Shown here: in pieces, positions 37,338 to 49,155 of the stretch
How the letters are laid out: each line of letters opens with the position of its first letter
Numbering within the stretch: position 1 is the stretch's first letter
Assembly (NCBI GenBank): GCA_043228905.1
Contig: JBHGNT010000014.1
Location: 10,974,001-11,038,000, forward strand
Length of the DNA: 64,000 nt
Direction of reading: 5' to 3'
Origin: Azolla caroliniana
Taxonomy: Eukaryota > Plantae > Polypodiophyta
Made by a program: the position numbers and the translations under genes
The notes under the pieces: generated by a model
What the model was told of the DNA's origin: nothing
Databases searched by the model: none
The model's input: only the letters and a program-made list of their open reading frames with translations

Positions 37338-38025
37338 CCGTTTGGGCTTGCCCATGCACCTCTCCTCCTCATAAAGGCGTACGAGCATTTGTATGTGTGT
37401 TTGTGTCTTCCTTGTACGTTAAGTCGTCTTGTGACGATGGGACCGTTCGGGCTTGCCCATGCACCTCTCCTCCTCATAAAGGCGTACGAGCATTTTGTGC
37501 ATATGTTTGTATCTTCCTTGTACGTTCGACCGTCTTGTGACGAGGGGACCGTTCGGGCTTGCCCATGCACCTCTCCTCCTCATAAAGGCGTACGAGCATT
37601 TGTGCATGTCTTTGTGTCTTCCTTGTGCGTTCGACCGTCTTGTGACGAGGGGACCGTTCGAGCTTGCCCATGCACCTCTCCTCCTCATAAAGGCGTACGA
37701 GCATTTGTGCGTGTGTTTGTGTCTTCCTTGTACGTTCGATCGTCTTGTGACGAGGGGACCGTTCAGGCCTGCCCATGCACCTCACCTCCTCATAACGGCG
37801 TACGAGCATTTGTGTGTGTTTGTGTCTTCCTCGTACGTTCGGCCGTCTTGTGACGAGGGGACCGTTCGGGCTTGCCCATGCACCTCTCCTCCTCATAAAG
37901 GTGTACGAGCATTTTGTGCATGTGTTTTGTGTCTTCCTCGTATGTTCGACGTCTTGTGACGAGGGAGCGTTCGGGCGCGCCCATGCACCTCTCCTCCTCA
38001 TAAAGACGTACGAACATTTGTGATT
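37338..38025. repeat. ~105-bp tandem array in the 5' LTR of E (7 units; the first begins at ~23397 and is split by F)
   Basis: Unit TGTACGTTCGACCGTCTTGTGACGAGGGGACC...GTGTCTTCCT. Confidence 0.9.
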
Positions 38026-39736
38026 GTGTTATCTTCCCCGTGTGTGCTCATGTTGCGTGCTCATCTTGCTTGTACCCGTTTGGTCACTTGGCTCGTACGG
38101 TGACCTCGGAAGTTCGATGAGTTGTGATCAACAAGAGACACCGGCCTCACAAAACAAAGGGCAACGAGACCTTGCTCGGGAAGGGGTCGGGAAGTAGTAT
38201 TGTCGTAAAGCAAACCTCGGGTCTTCTCTATCCCTTGAGTACTCCCTAGTCCAAGACCCCTGTGGTCCCGCCCAAGTAACACAGGTGCACGAAACTTCGC
38301 GACATAAATTGGTAGTCGGGCAACGAGACCTTGCTCGAGAAGGGGTCGGGAAATAGTATTGTCGTAAAGCAAACCTCAGGTCTTCTCTATCCCTTGAGTA
38401 CTCCCTAGTCTGAGACCCCCGTGGTCCCGCCCCCAAGCGACACACGTGTGTGAAACTTCGCGACATAAATTGGTGAACCCGACGTGAAAGGGCAGCAAGG
38501 GAGAACTAAGATGCGAGGAGGAGAACTCGTTGAAGTGATGGCGGCAGCGGTGGACCGCTTGGTAAATGCCCGAGAAGGCATCACCGACCTAGACCGGGCC
38601 ATAGAGACGGTGGTTATCATAATGGGTCGGTTCATTGGAAGAGATATCACGAGCTACTTGGATGCCTATAAGGCCGAAATGCTTATGCGAAACGTCCCCG
38701 AAGATAGGCGGCTAACCGGATTCGCTAGAGTGGTAACGCCGAGTATCCACGCCGAGATCCCCAAATAGTGCAATCTAGGAGAGAGAGTGGCAGCCCTCAA
38801 GATCGACGTCCCCCGTTCGCGCAAAGATGTATGTGGTGCGACAACCCCGACCACCTATGAAGGGAGTGTGGAGACTTTCAAGAGGCCCTAAGAAAGAATA
38901 TTGTCTATCTTTGGAACAATAGGGTCTATTCGACGGAGACAAGGCAAAGCGCCCCTTGGGATTGAATCAAGACGGAGGGGGCATGAGAAGGCTAATGGAG
39001 GAGGCCGAAGCATGACATGTTGAAGCCGTCCACTACTCGGCGTCGGCTGGGACCCGAGTGGGGAAAGAGGTGAGGAGGCAAGAGGAGAAAGAGTTTGACT
39101 TTTGGCCGTCAATCCTTGGAAGCCTCTCTAAGGGGAAGTTCAAAAGAGAAGAAGCAGACGAAGCGGAATGAAGGGTCCAAGAAGCAACTGTGTGGAAGGA
39201 TCTGGTGGAAGAAAAGACAGGCTTAGTGGAAGTAATGGTAGAAGAGAAGAAGGTAGGAAATGTCGGGAATCAACGCTTGGATTCACCTTCACCACTGGGC
39301 CACAACCGAGTAATCGCGGATCAATGCAGCAGAAAAATAGGAAATACAGAGAAAGACGCGATACACAGGAATTAACGTGGAAAACCCTATACGGGAAAAA
39401 CCACGGGAGTGCGAGACTCCAAACCAAACTATGCACAGAGAAATATACAATGGCGAGCTGCAAGGCAACGACCTTGAGCTCGCTGTCCTCGCCACAGGCG
39501 GCGGAAATACACAGAGGCGTCTACCTCTTCGTCTCTCTCGCGCTCTATCTCTCTCTCGGCTGCTCTCACTTCGCTTCCTCTCAGTGAAAACAGAAAATGA
39601 GCAACAACGTAAAACTGTTTGCCCTAAGTCATATTTATACACATATGACTTTCGGGCTATTTACAAATATAGCCTCAAGGGCTCTTGGCAAACATATTCA
39701 CAAATATGTCTCCTCATCCGGATCTCTCTCCGGGTA

Positions 39737-39955
39737 CATTCATCATCCGGTTCCGTAACCGGGGTCTTCATCATCCGGCTCCGTGGCCGGGGTCTTCATC
39801 ATCCGGTTCCGCAACCGGGGTCTTCATCATCCGGTTCCGTAACCGGGGTCTTCATCATCCGGTTCCGTAACCGGGGTCTTCATCATCCGGTTCCGTAACC
39901 GGGGTCTTCATCATCCGGCTCCGTAGCCGGGGTCTTCATCCTACGGTTCCGTAAC
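39737..39955. repeat. 28-bp tandem array (~8 units) in U3 of the H LTR; second copy at ~44608-44826
   Basis: Unit CTTCATCATCCGGTTCCGTAACCGGGGT. Confidence 0.92.
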
Positions 39956-40028
39956 AGCCTCCGGGCTTGCCGTCATTCATCTCCGGACATCCCATCCGGA
40001 GGGACCGAAATCCCAACAAACTCCCCCT

Positions 40029-43000
40029 TCACTTCGGCATGGGATGTCCCTCCAACCCGATCCTCTTCCGGCATGCTTCCAGCTTGTCGGGTGTGAGCAC
40101 CTTGGTCAGCATATCCGACCCGTTCTCGTCCGTGTGGATCTTCGTCAGCACGAACTCCTTGTCTTCTATCCTTTCCCGGATCCAGTGATATCTTCGCTGG
40201 ATGTGTTTCGTCCGGGAGTGATAAGCCGCGTTCTTCGCAAGGTGGATGGCACTCTGACTGTCGCAGTAGAGTCGGTACTCCTCCTGCTGGATACCGAGCT
40301 CTCTAATGAAGTCCTTCATCCATATTATTTCCTTTCCGGCTTCAACAGCTGCCATGTACTCCGCCTCCGTGGTTGACAACGCAACCGTCTTCTGCAGCCT
40401 CGACTGCCACGAAACGGCTCCCCCTGCATAGGTCATCACATACCCTGATGTGGACCGGCTGGTATCTGCATCAGCCGACATATCCGAATCGGTGAAGCCG
40501 TCGAGTTCAGGCTTACCGGAGCCGAATCGGAGGCACACGTTTGCCGTGCCCTTCAGGTATCGGAGTATCCACTTGACCGCGTTCCAGTGCTCTTTGCCGG
40601 GATTGCTCATGTACCGGCTCACCACTCCGACTGCATATCCTATGTCCGGTCTTGTACACACCATTGCGTACATCAAGCTTCCGACGGCAGAGGCATATGG
40701 TACTTTCATCATGTCCTCCTTCTCAGCCTTTGTCTTGGGGCTTTGCTTGCTGGACAGCTTGCAGTTTGCCGGGAGGGTTGACCCGACCGGTCTTGCTTCC
40801 GACATGTTGAACCGTTGAAGCACCTTTGTCACGTACTTCTCCTGTGACAGCCACAACTGCTTCTTGCTCCGGTTCCGGATGATGTGCATCCCTAGTATTT
40901 GTCTCGCCGGACCCAAGTCCTTCATTGAGAAGGTTCGGTGAAGAGCCTTCTTCAGCATCCGTATCTTGACCTGGTCCCGTCCGACGATCAACATGTCGTC
41001 CACGTATAGGAGGAGTATTAGAAAGTCTCCTCCTTCGAACTTCTTCACAAACACGCAGTGATCGGACTGCGTTTTGTGGTACCCTTCGTCGGTCATGAAG
41101 GAGTCGAACTTCCGGTACCATTGCCGGGGAGCCTGCTTCAGTCCGTAAAGGCTCTTCTTCAACCGGCATACCAGGTGCTCCTTCCCTTTCTTCTCGAATC
41201 CTTCCGGTTGCTGCATGTAGATCTCTTCGTCGAGGTCACCGTGAAGGAATGCCGTCTTCACGTCCATCTGTTCTACCTCGAGGTCCATGCTTGCCGCTAT
41301 GCTCAGCACCGTCCGGATGGAGGTCATCTTCACTACCGGGGCAAATATCTCGTCGAAGTCGACGCCCTTCTTCTGCTGAAACCCCTTCACCACGATCCTG
41401 GCTTTGTATCTCGGGGGGTTTCCGGCATCTCCCGGTTTCAGCTTGAACACCCACTTGTTGCGGAGTGCCCGTTTTCCTTTCGGCAACTCCACAAGTTCAT
41501 ATGTGTGGTTCTCATGCAGGGAATCCATCTCGTCCTGCATGGCACTCAACCACCTGCGGCTCTGGGTGTCATGCTTTGCTTCTTCAAAGCTCTCCGGCTC
41601 CCCTTCGTCGGTTAGCAGCACGTGCTCTGGTTCCGGAAATCTCCGGGGGGCCCTTCTCTCTCTTAGAGGATATCTCCGTTCCGGAGCTTCGGTAACCGGT
41701 TCTTCCGATTCTTCTTCATCCGAATCCATTTCGGGATCGGGGCCGGTTCCGGTATCATTTTCATCTTCTTCGGCCGGTTCTGTTTCTTCACCGTCTTCGG
41801 CCGGATCCTCGAGTGCTAACCGGTCCTTTGCCGGTCGGGACTGCTCCTCGTAGAGTTGATCCTCACCGGTCGACTTGGAGCTCTTCACCTTCTTCTCCGA
41901 CTCCCAGTCGGCGAGTGTCTTGTCCTCCATGAAGATGATGTCTCGACTCCTGAATATCTTCTTGTCGACCGGGTCCCATACTCGGTAGCCGAACTCGTCG
42001 TCGCCGTAACCGAGGAATATGCATGGCCGGGTCTTTGGATCTAGCTTTCCTCTCCGGTCCTTTGCCACATGCACGTATGCGAGACACCCGAACACCTTCA
42101 GATGCCGGTAGGACACTTCCTTACCGGTCCACACTTTCTGCGGCGTGTCTCCGTCCAAAGGTACTGAGGGTGATCTATTTATCACATATGTCGCCGTCGA
42201 CATTGCCTCAGCCCAAAACCCCTTGGGTAATTTCGCATGCGCCAGCATACTCCGGACCCGCTCCATTATAGTCCGGTTCATCCTCTCGGCCAGCCCGTTC
42301 AGTTCCGGCGTCTTCGGCACAGTAAACTCGAGCCGGATTCCCTTCGAGCGACAGTACTCCTGGAACTGCCCTCGGTATTCCCCTCCGTTATCCGCTCGTA
42401 TCGCTTTCAGCTTCTTGCCGGATTCCCTTTCCACTCTCGCGTGGAGTTCTTTGAAGACGCACAACACTTGGTCCTTTGTCTTCATCGGTGCCGTCCACAG
42501 TTTTCGGCTATGATCATCGATGAATGTTACGAAGTACTGGGCTCCGCCATGTGACTTCGTCTCTACCTGACACACGTCAGTGTGCACCAACTCCAATGGT
42601 GCGCTACGTCTCGTCGGTGGCCTTGAGTGGAAGGAGGTTCGGTTCTGCTTACCGGCCAGGCAATCGGTGCACTTCTCCAGGTGCACATGCTTCACTGGGA
42701 TAAGGTTGTCTTCTGCAAGCCTCTTCATCCCCTTCTCACTCATGTGGCACAGTCTCTTGTGCCACAGCTCACCGGCAGTGTCGGCTGCCACATTCAGCTC
42801 TTCCGGACATAACCGGGCATTCATCAGGTACAGTGTGTTGACTTTCCGGGCCCGAGCCACTATCAGGCTCCCCTTGCTGAACTTCATTATGCCGTTCCGG
42901 ATGCTACCTGTGTAGCCTTCATCGTCTAGCCTCCCGGCCGAAATCAGGTTCAATCGAACCTCCGGAACGTGACGGACATCCTTCAGCAACATTTTGCATC

Positions 43001-44102
43001 CGGTCGGGGTTGTCAACCACACGTCTCCGATGCCGGCAATCCGGCACGTACCTTCATTTCCCATCCGAACACAGCCATGCTCGCCGGCTGTGTAGGATGA
43101 AAAGTATCTTCTCTCCGGGGTCAGGTGGAACGACGCTCCGGAATCGACCACCCAGGTCGTCTCATCGCCGGCAATGTTTAGTTCACCTTCTTCGGTGATG
43201 AGCATGATCTCCTCTTCACTTGCCGCGAGTGCCGTCGTTCCTTTCCGGTCCTGCCCTCGCCGATCCGGACCTCTCCGGTCCGTGGCTCCCCGGTATGCAC
43301 CGTTTCTCTCCGGTGACTTCTTCGAATCCGTGTCGTCGGCTCCGTTGTCCTTTCGGTAATGCCGACAATTCTTCCGAAAGTGCCCCGGCTTCCCACAGTG
43401 GAAGCATGTGGGTCTTCCTCTTGACTGCGACCGGGTCCCCGACTTCTCCCGTCTTTGCGGACTCCGGTTCCAGTGTCTTCCCCGTTCCGATTCGGTAAGC
43501 AACGCCTTCGAGTCGGAGGCCGGTTCTTTATCTCTCCGACGCGCTTCTTCATTTAGAATACTTGTCTTTACCGTTTGTAGGGACAAGTTGTCTTCCGTGC
43601 AGGAGGTGCTGAGAGTCACCACCAAGTTCTCCCAGCTGTCCGGCAGTGTACACATCAGGATGATGGCTTGCATTGCATCCTCCAACGGGAACTTGATCGC
43701 CGCAAGCTGATTCACGAATCCCATGAACGTGCTTACGTGTTCCACCATACTCTCGCCGTCCCGGTACTTGAGATTCACTATCTTCCTCATCAGGGAGGTC
43801 CGGTTCAACGCATTCTTCCTCTCGTAGAGGCCCGACAGCTTCTTCCACATCTCATATGCGTTGGTGTCGTTTGCCACATGTTGTAGGACGCTCACGTCGA
43901 CGTATTGTCGGATCGTCGCTACGGCTTTCCGGTTCAGAAGCTTCCACTCCGACTCAAGTACCCCTTTCGGTATTTCCGACCTGTCAATCGGTTCGTACAG
44001 GTCCCGAACAATCAGAAGGTCCTCCATCTTGATCTTCCAGTCGGCGTAATTTTGTGCATTCAGCACCATCATCATCGGCTGCCCGCTGCCGCCGCCTTCC
44101 AT
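40029..44102 (-). CDS. Copia gag-pol polyprotein (Tnt1/Tork-like), ~1357 aa
   Basis: ATG just after the PBS; CFHCGKPGHFRKNC, WVVDSGAS, HTDVC/DNGGEY/NGLAER, YVDD, FTDSD..TEAEY..CDSQSA..DMLTK all intact. Confidence 0.96.
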   Translation of the reverse strand: MEGGGSGQPMMMVLNAQNYADWKIKMEDLLIVRDLYEPIDRSEIPKGVLESEWKLLNRKAVATIRQYVDVSVLQHVANDTNAYEMWKKLSGLYERKNALNRTSLMRKIVNLKYRDGESMVEHVSTFMGFVNQLAAIKFPLEDAMQAIILMCTLPDSWENLVVTLSTSCTEDNLSLQTVKTSILNEEARRRDKEPASDSKALLTESERGRHWNRSPQRREKSGTRSQSRGRPTCFHCGKPGHFRKNCRHYRKDNGADDTDSKKSPERNGAYRGATDRRGPDRRGQDRKGTTALAASEEEIMLITEEGELNIAGDETTWVVDSGASFHLTPERRYFSSYTAGEHGCVRMGNEGTCRIAGIGDVWLTTPTGCKMLLKDVRHVPEVRLNLISAGRLDDEGYTGSIRNGIMKFSKGSLIVARARKVNTLYLMNARLCPEELNVAADTAGELWHKRLCHMSEKGMKRLAEDNLIPVKHVHLEKCTDCLAGKQNRTSFHSRPPTRRSAPLELVHTDVCQVETKSHGGAQYFVTFIDDHSRKLWTAPMKTKDQVLCVFKELHARVERESGKKLKAIRADNGGEYRGQFQEYCRSKGIRLEFTVPKTPELNGLAERMNRTIMERVRSMLAHAKLPKGFWAEAMSTATYVINRSPSVPLDGDTPQKVWTGKEVSYRHLKVFGCLAYVHVAKDRRGKLDPKTRPCIFLGYGDDEFGYRVWDPVDKKIFRSRDIIFMEDKTLADWESEKKVKSSKSTGEDQLYEEQSRPAKDRLALEDPAEDGEETEPAEEDENDTGTGPDPEMDSDEEESEEPVTEAPERRYPLRERRAPRRFPEPEHVLLTDEGEPESFEEAKHDTQSRRWLSAMQDEMDSLHENHTYELVELPKGKRALRNKWVFKLKPGDAGNPPRYKARIVVKGFQQKKGVDFDEIFAPVVKMTSIRTVLSIAASMDLEVEQMDVKTAFLHGDLDEEIYMQQPEGFEKKGKEHLVCRLKKSLYGLKQAPRQWYRKFDSFMTDEGYHKTQSDHCVFVKKFEGGDFLILLLYVDDMLIVGRDQVKIRMLKKALHRTFSMKDLGPARQILGMHIIRNRSKKQLWLSQEKYVTKVLQRFNMSEARPVGSTLPANCKLSSKQSPKTKAEKEDMMKVPYASAVGSLMYAMVCTRPDIGYAVGVVSRYMSNPGKEHWNAVKWILRYLKGTANVCLRFGSGKPELDGFTDSDMSADADTSRSTSGYVMTYAGGAVSWQSRLQKTVALSTTEAEYMAAVEAGKEIIWMKDFIRELGIQQEEYRLYCDSQSAIHLAKNAAYHSRTKHIQRRYHWIRERIEDKEFVLTKIHTDENGSDMLTKVLTPDKLEACRKRIGLEGHPMPK

Positions 44103-45624
44103 TTTCTGCAACAGTCGCTCTGATACCAGTTTGTCGGGAATCAACGCTTGGATTCACCTTCACCACTGGGCCACAACCGAGTAATCGCGGATCAATGCAG
44201 CAGAAAAATAGGAAATACAGAGAAAGACGCGATACACAGGAATTAACGTGGAAAACCCTATACGGGAAAAACCACGGGAGTGCGAGACTCCAAACCAAAC
44301 TATGCACAGAGAAATATACAATGGCGAGCTGCAAGGCAACGACCTTGAGCTCGCTGTCCTCGCCACAGGCGGCGGAAATACACAGAGGCGTCTACCTCTT
44401 CGTCTCTCTCGCGCTCTATCTCTCTCTCGGCTGCTCTCACTTCGCTTCCTCTCAGTGAAAACAGAAAATGAGCAACAACGTAAAACTGTTTGCCCTAAGT
44501 CATATTTATACACATATGACTTTCGGGCTATTTACAAATATAGCCTCAAGGGCTCTTGGCAAACATATTCACAAATATGTCTCCTCATCCGGATCTCTCT
44601 CCGGGTACATTCATCATCCGGTTCCGTAACCGGGGTCTTCATCATCCGGCTCCGTGGCCGGGGTCTTCATCATCCGGTTCCGCAACCGGGGTCTTCATCA
44701 TCCGGTTCCGTAACCGGGGTCTTCATCATCCGGTTCCGTAACCGGGGTCTTCATCATCCGGTTCCGTAACCGGGGTCTTCATCATCCGGCTCCGTAGCCG
44801 GGGTCTTCATCCTACGGTTCCGTAACAGCCTCCGGGCTTGCCGTCATTCATCTCCGGACATCCCATCCGGAGGGACCGAAATCCCAACAGGAAATAACGA
44901 GGGAGCCGGTCCATCAAGGAAATACAACGCTCGAGGTGCACGAAGAAGGGAAGAGCCGAACCAGTCTCAAGCACGCGATCAAAGATGGAAAGAGAAGGGG
45001 AACCCCCCCAACTTCAAGCTTTGCTCGGAGATCAAACAAGCAACGGACTTGAAGAAGGTAGTGGAGGAGAGGATCCTCGATAGTCCCGTAGAGTTTACTC
45101 TGCGAGAGGTCCTCGGAATTGCCAAGAAAGAATTCCACGAGGTCATCATCGACCTAATGAAGAGGAAGCGGCTCTCAACGAAGCAAGAAGTGGCAAAACC
45201 CACGATTGTAAATGCATTGTCAACTGAGGTCCCCGAGGAAGACGAAGACTATGTGGATAGTCACTACACGAGGCCGCATTGGGCGAGAGCGACAACGGAG
45301 ACACCGGTACGGGTTGGAGATGTAAAAGAGCCAGTGGTAGCATTGATCGACCATGGCTCTGAGATCAACCTTATGTCCATGGACTTTTATAAAAAGGGAA
45401 AGTGTCTGATCAACACGAAGCACGGGTGGAAGATTAGAGCGGCGATCCGAGCAACCGAGGAGCTATACGGGGCTTGCCCGAATGTACGTGTGAAGGTGGG
45501 GGACGTAGAAATAGATCAACATTTCTTTGTTCAAGAGCCAAGATGGGAAGCATTCGGTCCAATTCCTTACAGTGAGACCCAACCATGAGCGCAATCGAGC
45601 CTCCCTCAAAGGGGATAACCGAGA

Positions 45625-48600
45625 GGATTTTTTATTCGGGCTATTTAAGAGTGGGGCCGCAATAGCCCGAGGCAAACTAAGACCCTAAACCCTTGTAAAA
45701 CTATTAAATGTAATAGGAAACAATTTTGGTTCTCCAAAAATGGAGCTTGTAAAATTACTAGTTTAAGTGATAGAGATAAGTCTAGGGCCAAGAGATACGA
45801 AAGGTATCTCAAACAATGTAATTTATTGGGGGAAGATGACACCATAAGCGGCGCCATGGAGGCGGTCTCGTTCGACGACACTCTCAGAGAGATGGAGAGG
45901 TTAGTCGTTTCGGGCCTCAATGAAGACAAGGTAATTCCAGTCAACTCAATTCACATTTACACCGCCATCGAAGAGCTGGGGCGGTTGATTGAGGAAGCGA
46001 GGACGGTCAAGGTGCAAACAAAGTACAAGACCGTGGACAAGAAGGTGAATCCCATGGCTGCCCCATTGCCTAACGATAGTTGGGATCGGATAAAGGGGGT
46101 AGCGGCTAATCCTAGCTTGCGGGACCCACGAGGCATAGGGCACCGGTTCACCGACGAGACGCGACAGAAGCTCCGGGATGGTGGGGGGGGCTTCCTATTG
46201 CCTAGGGAGGAGGAAAGATTTAGAAGGATGATCGAAAGCCACGGAAGGGCTTTCGCCTTCTCGTCGGGTGAGATAGGGTGTGTAAACCCTAAGATCATGG
46301 AGCCAATGGTGATCTTTACGGTGCCGCATGTACCGTGGAACATCAAGCCAATCCCCGTTCCGAGAGCTCACATCCCAAAGTTGATTGAGCTACTCAAGGA
46401 AAAGATCGAGATGGGTATCCTCGAACCATCAAGCGCCCCATACTCGAATCGGTAGTTCACTATGCCAAAGAAGAACGGCACATTACGCTTCATCCAAGAC
46501 CTACAACTTGTTAATCAAGTGACAATTCGAAATGCCGAGGTCAGACCGAGCGTTGACGAATTCGCCGAGGCCTTCGCTTGAAGGTCTATTTATTCGATCA
46601 GTGATCTATACTCGGGGTATGATCAATTCCAACTAGCTGTGGAGAGTAGGAACATCACGACGATGCGGACCCCTATCGGCCTAGTGCGAATGTGTACCTT
46701 GCCACAAGGAGGCACTAACTCTATAGCCCACATGGTAAATGCAATGAACAAGGTACTAAGAGATTGCATCCCCGACATCACCATGTCATTCCTCAATGAC
46801 ATCCCCATAAAAGGGTGCTTTGAAGCAGAGAAAGATGAAACCTTGGACGAGGATGGGTGCAAACGTTTTGTGGCATATCACATCTCCGATTGCGACAAGG
46901 TTCTACAAAGACTTGAAGATGCACGCTTGACCTTCTCGGGTGAGAAATCGGCATTCGGCCAACCGGAGATCCTTGTGGTGGGACACTTGTGCGGGGCGTA
47001 CGGACGGAAGCCGTCCCCGACAAAGGTGGACACCATCACAGACATGAGGGAAGAATGTAAATCGCAAACAGAGGTGAGGCGATTTCTTGGTGCTTGTGCA
47101 TTCTACCACATCTGGATCCCGCACTATGCTCACCTAGCCAAGCCCTTGTATGGGCTACTCAAGAAGGGGCAGAAGTTCAAGTGGGAGGAAGAGCACACAG
47201 AGGCAATGAAGAGGCTCAAAGGAATGTTGGTAGCGGCACCAGCTTTACGAAAAGCTAGATACAAGTCCAACAGGGATCGGATGGGTCATTAACCAAGAAG
47301 GAGAGGATGGTACACGCTATGCCATCCGGTTCGGAGCCAAGGTCTTAAGCGAGCGACAACGAGGATACGGCCAAGTAAAACGTGAGCTTTGGGGTATTGT
47401 GTCCACAGTGAAGGCGGATAAAGATTACCTAATCGGGGCAGAGGTGGTAATAGAGACAGATTGCCTTCCAATCCTAGGGATGGTTTCGAGGTGTGCAACA
47501 CCTGACCAGCTATGCTAAGGTGGATTTCTTACATCAAATCAATGAACCCGGAGATTCACCACATTTCAGGGAAGAACAATGTTATGGCAGATATGCTATC
47601 GAGGGCAAGGTTCGAGGGCGAAAGCGACATGGTGTTTGAAGATGAGGATGTCGCTCTTGACTTCTTTAAGACGGCCCAAGCATCTATAGATGATCAAGAT
47701 GTGTGAGTACTCCACGCCTTCAACGAAAGTGAATACGAAGGGGAGTGGCTACACATTGGCAAGTTCTTAAGCTCAATGACGGTGGATAGTTCATGGACGA
47801 AGCAGGAAGCACAGAGAGTCCAAAAGAAAGCGTACAAGTACTTCCTACGAGGGGGATTCCTATGGAGGCACCCGAAGAGAAGGACGGGGACGCCACAACG
47901 AGTGGTCATAAAGGAAGAGGACCAGACAACATTGGTGTCTGAATTCCACGAGAGTCCTTGGGCGGGCCATAGAGGAACGTGGGCAACATTCGAGAAGTTA
48001 AAGGAGAAGTATTGGTGGCCGGGAATGTACAAGGATGTCGCCCATTTCATGGGGACATGTGAAAGCTGCCAGATACACTCCAACATACGCCATAGGGACG
48101 AGTTGCACCCGACCTACCCACTCACCATACACTTCAAATGGATGGTGGATTTGGTTTCGATGCCGATGGGAGTGGGCCAAATGAAATATTTGGTGCTAGC
48201 AAGAGAAGACCTAACAAACCAAGTAGAAGGGCGGGCCTTAGCAAACAAAACAACGGCGGGGGTGTGTAAATTCTTACTCGAGGATGTCATCTGCCAGTAC
48301 GGATGTGTGGGAAAGATAGTGGCCGACACAGGAGAGTTGAATGCTCACGAAGCTACAGAGCTCTTTGACTGACTTGGAGTGAAGCTCTCTCTCACGACCG
48401 CTTATAACCCGGAGGCTAATGGAAAGATAGAACACGGACACGGGCCTATCGTGAAAGCCATTGTACGAGCTTATGATGGGCGAGTCAAGAATTGGCCTCG
48501 GTTACTACCTTATACCTTGTGGGCCGATAGAAAAACTCATAGCTCAATTACAGGTTTCATGCCAGCTGAACTCATGTACGGACAAAAGCCGGTGATGCCC

Positions 48601-49095
48601 ATTGAAGACACGATTGCTTCCTGGGTAGCGATGCCATGGGAAAATGAGATGAGTCGAGAAGAGCTTCTAGCCACAAGGATAAGGCAACTTGAGAGAAGAC
48701 CCGAAGACTTGGAGTTGGAAAAGGAGAGGTTAGAAGCGGCTAGGCTAAGTAACAAAGCCCGATTCGACAAGACACACCGACTACGCCCTCGGAAGATCGA
48801 AGAAGGAGACTGGGTGATTGTATATGATAGTAGTCTCGACAATCAACATAGCTCGATGTGAAAATTCGCAAAGCGATGGTTCGGGCCATACATGGTAACT
48901 AAGGCAAACGATAATGCTACCTACCACCTCGCTGAACTCGATGGGACTAAGCTGGAAGTACCAATAGCCTGGAAGCGGGTCAAAATCTTCAAAAAGCGAC
49001 ACGACAAGGAGCCAAACCTCGATGACCTTGACGAAGATAAAGGCGAGCAAACAACAAACCACGGGGTCAATGAGGAGGAGAAAATAAACTATTGA
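45625..49095 (+). pseudogene. Pol of element E (disrupted)
   Basis: RT, RH and INT fragments homologous to F pol, with several stops and deletions. Confidence 0.9.
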
Positions 49096-49155
49096 CCACC
49101 CTCAGCCCACCATTCTTGGCACATACCGGAGGATGTGCGGTTTGGTGGAGGTGGA

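Larger units (their letters stand above)
39261..44889 (-). mobile_element. Element H: intact, very recent Ty1/copia
   Basis: 758-bp LTRs 39261-40018 and 44132-44889 with no difference found by eye; TSD GGAAA; PBS TGGTATCAGAGC at 44117-44128; PPT overlapping the stop codon. Confidence 0.97.
38511..45688 (+). pseudogene. Deleted and disrupted gag-protease of element E, split by H
   Basis: GRFIGRDITSYLDAYKAEM; FTLREVLGIAKKEF; ALIDHGSEINL. Confidence 0.8.

Noticed and set aside
38401-38500. Hammerhead or HDV ribozyme in the U5 junction or the 105-bp unit
   Set aside because: CUGANGA/GAAA core and HDV nested pseudoknot not found.
39737-39955. CRISPR-like appearance of the 28-bp palindromic repeats
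   Set aside because: Head-to-tail units with no spacers, no cas genes, and a eukaryotic LTR context.
40029-44144. 1371-aa ORF start given by the ORF track
   Set aside because: That start lies inside the LTR upstream of the PBS; the ATG at 44102 is the plausible start.
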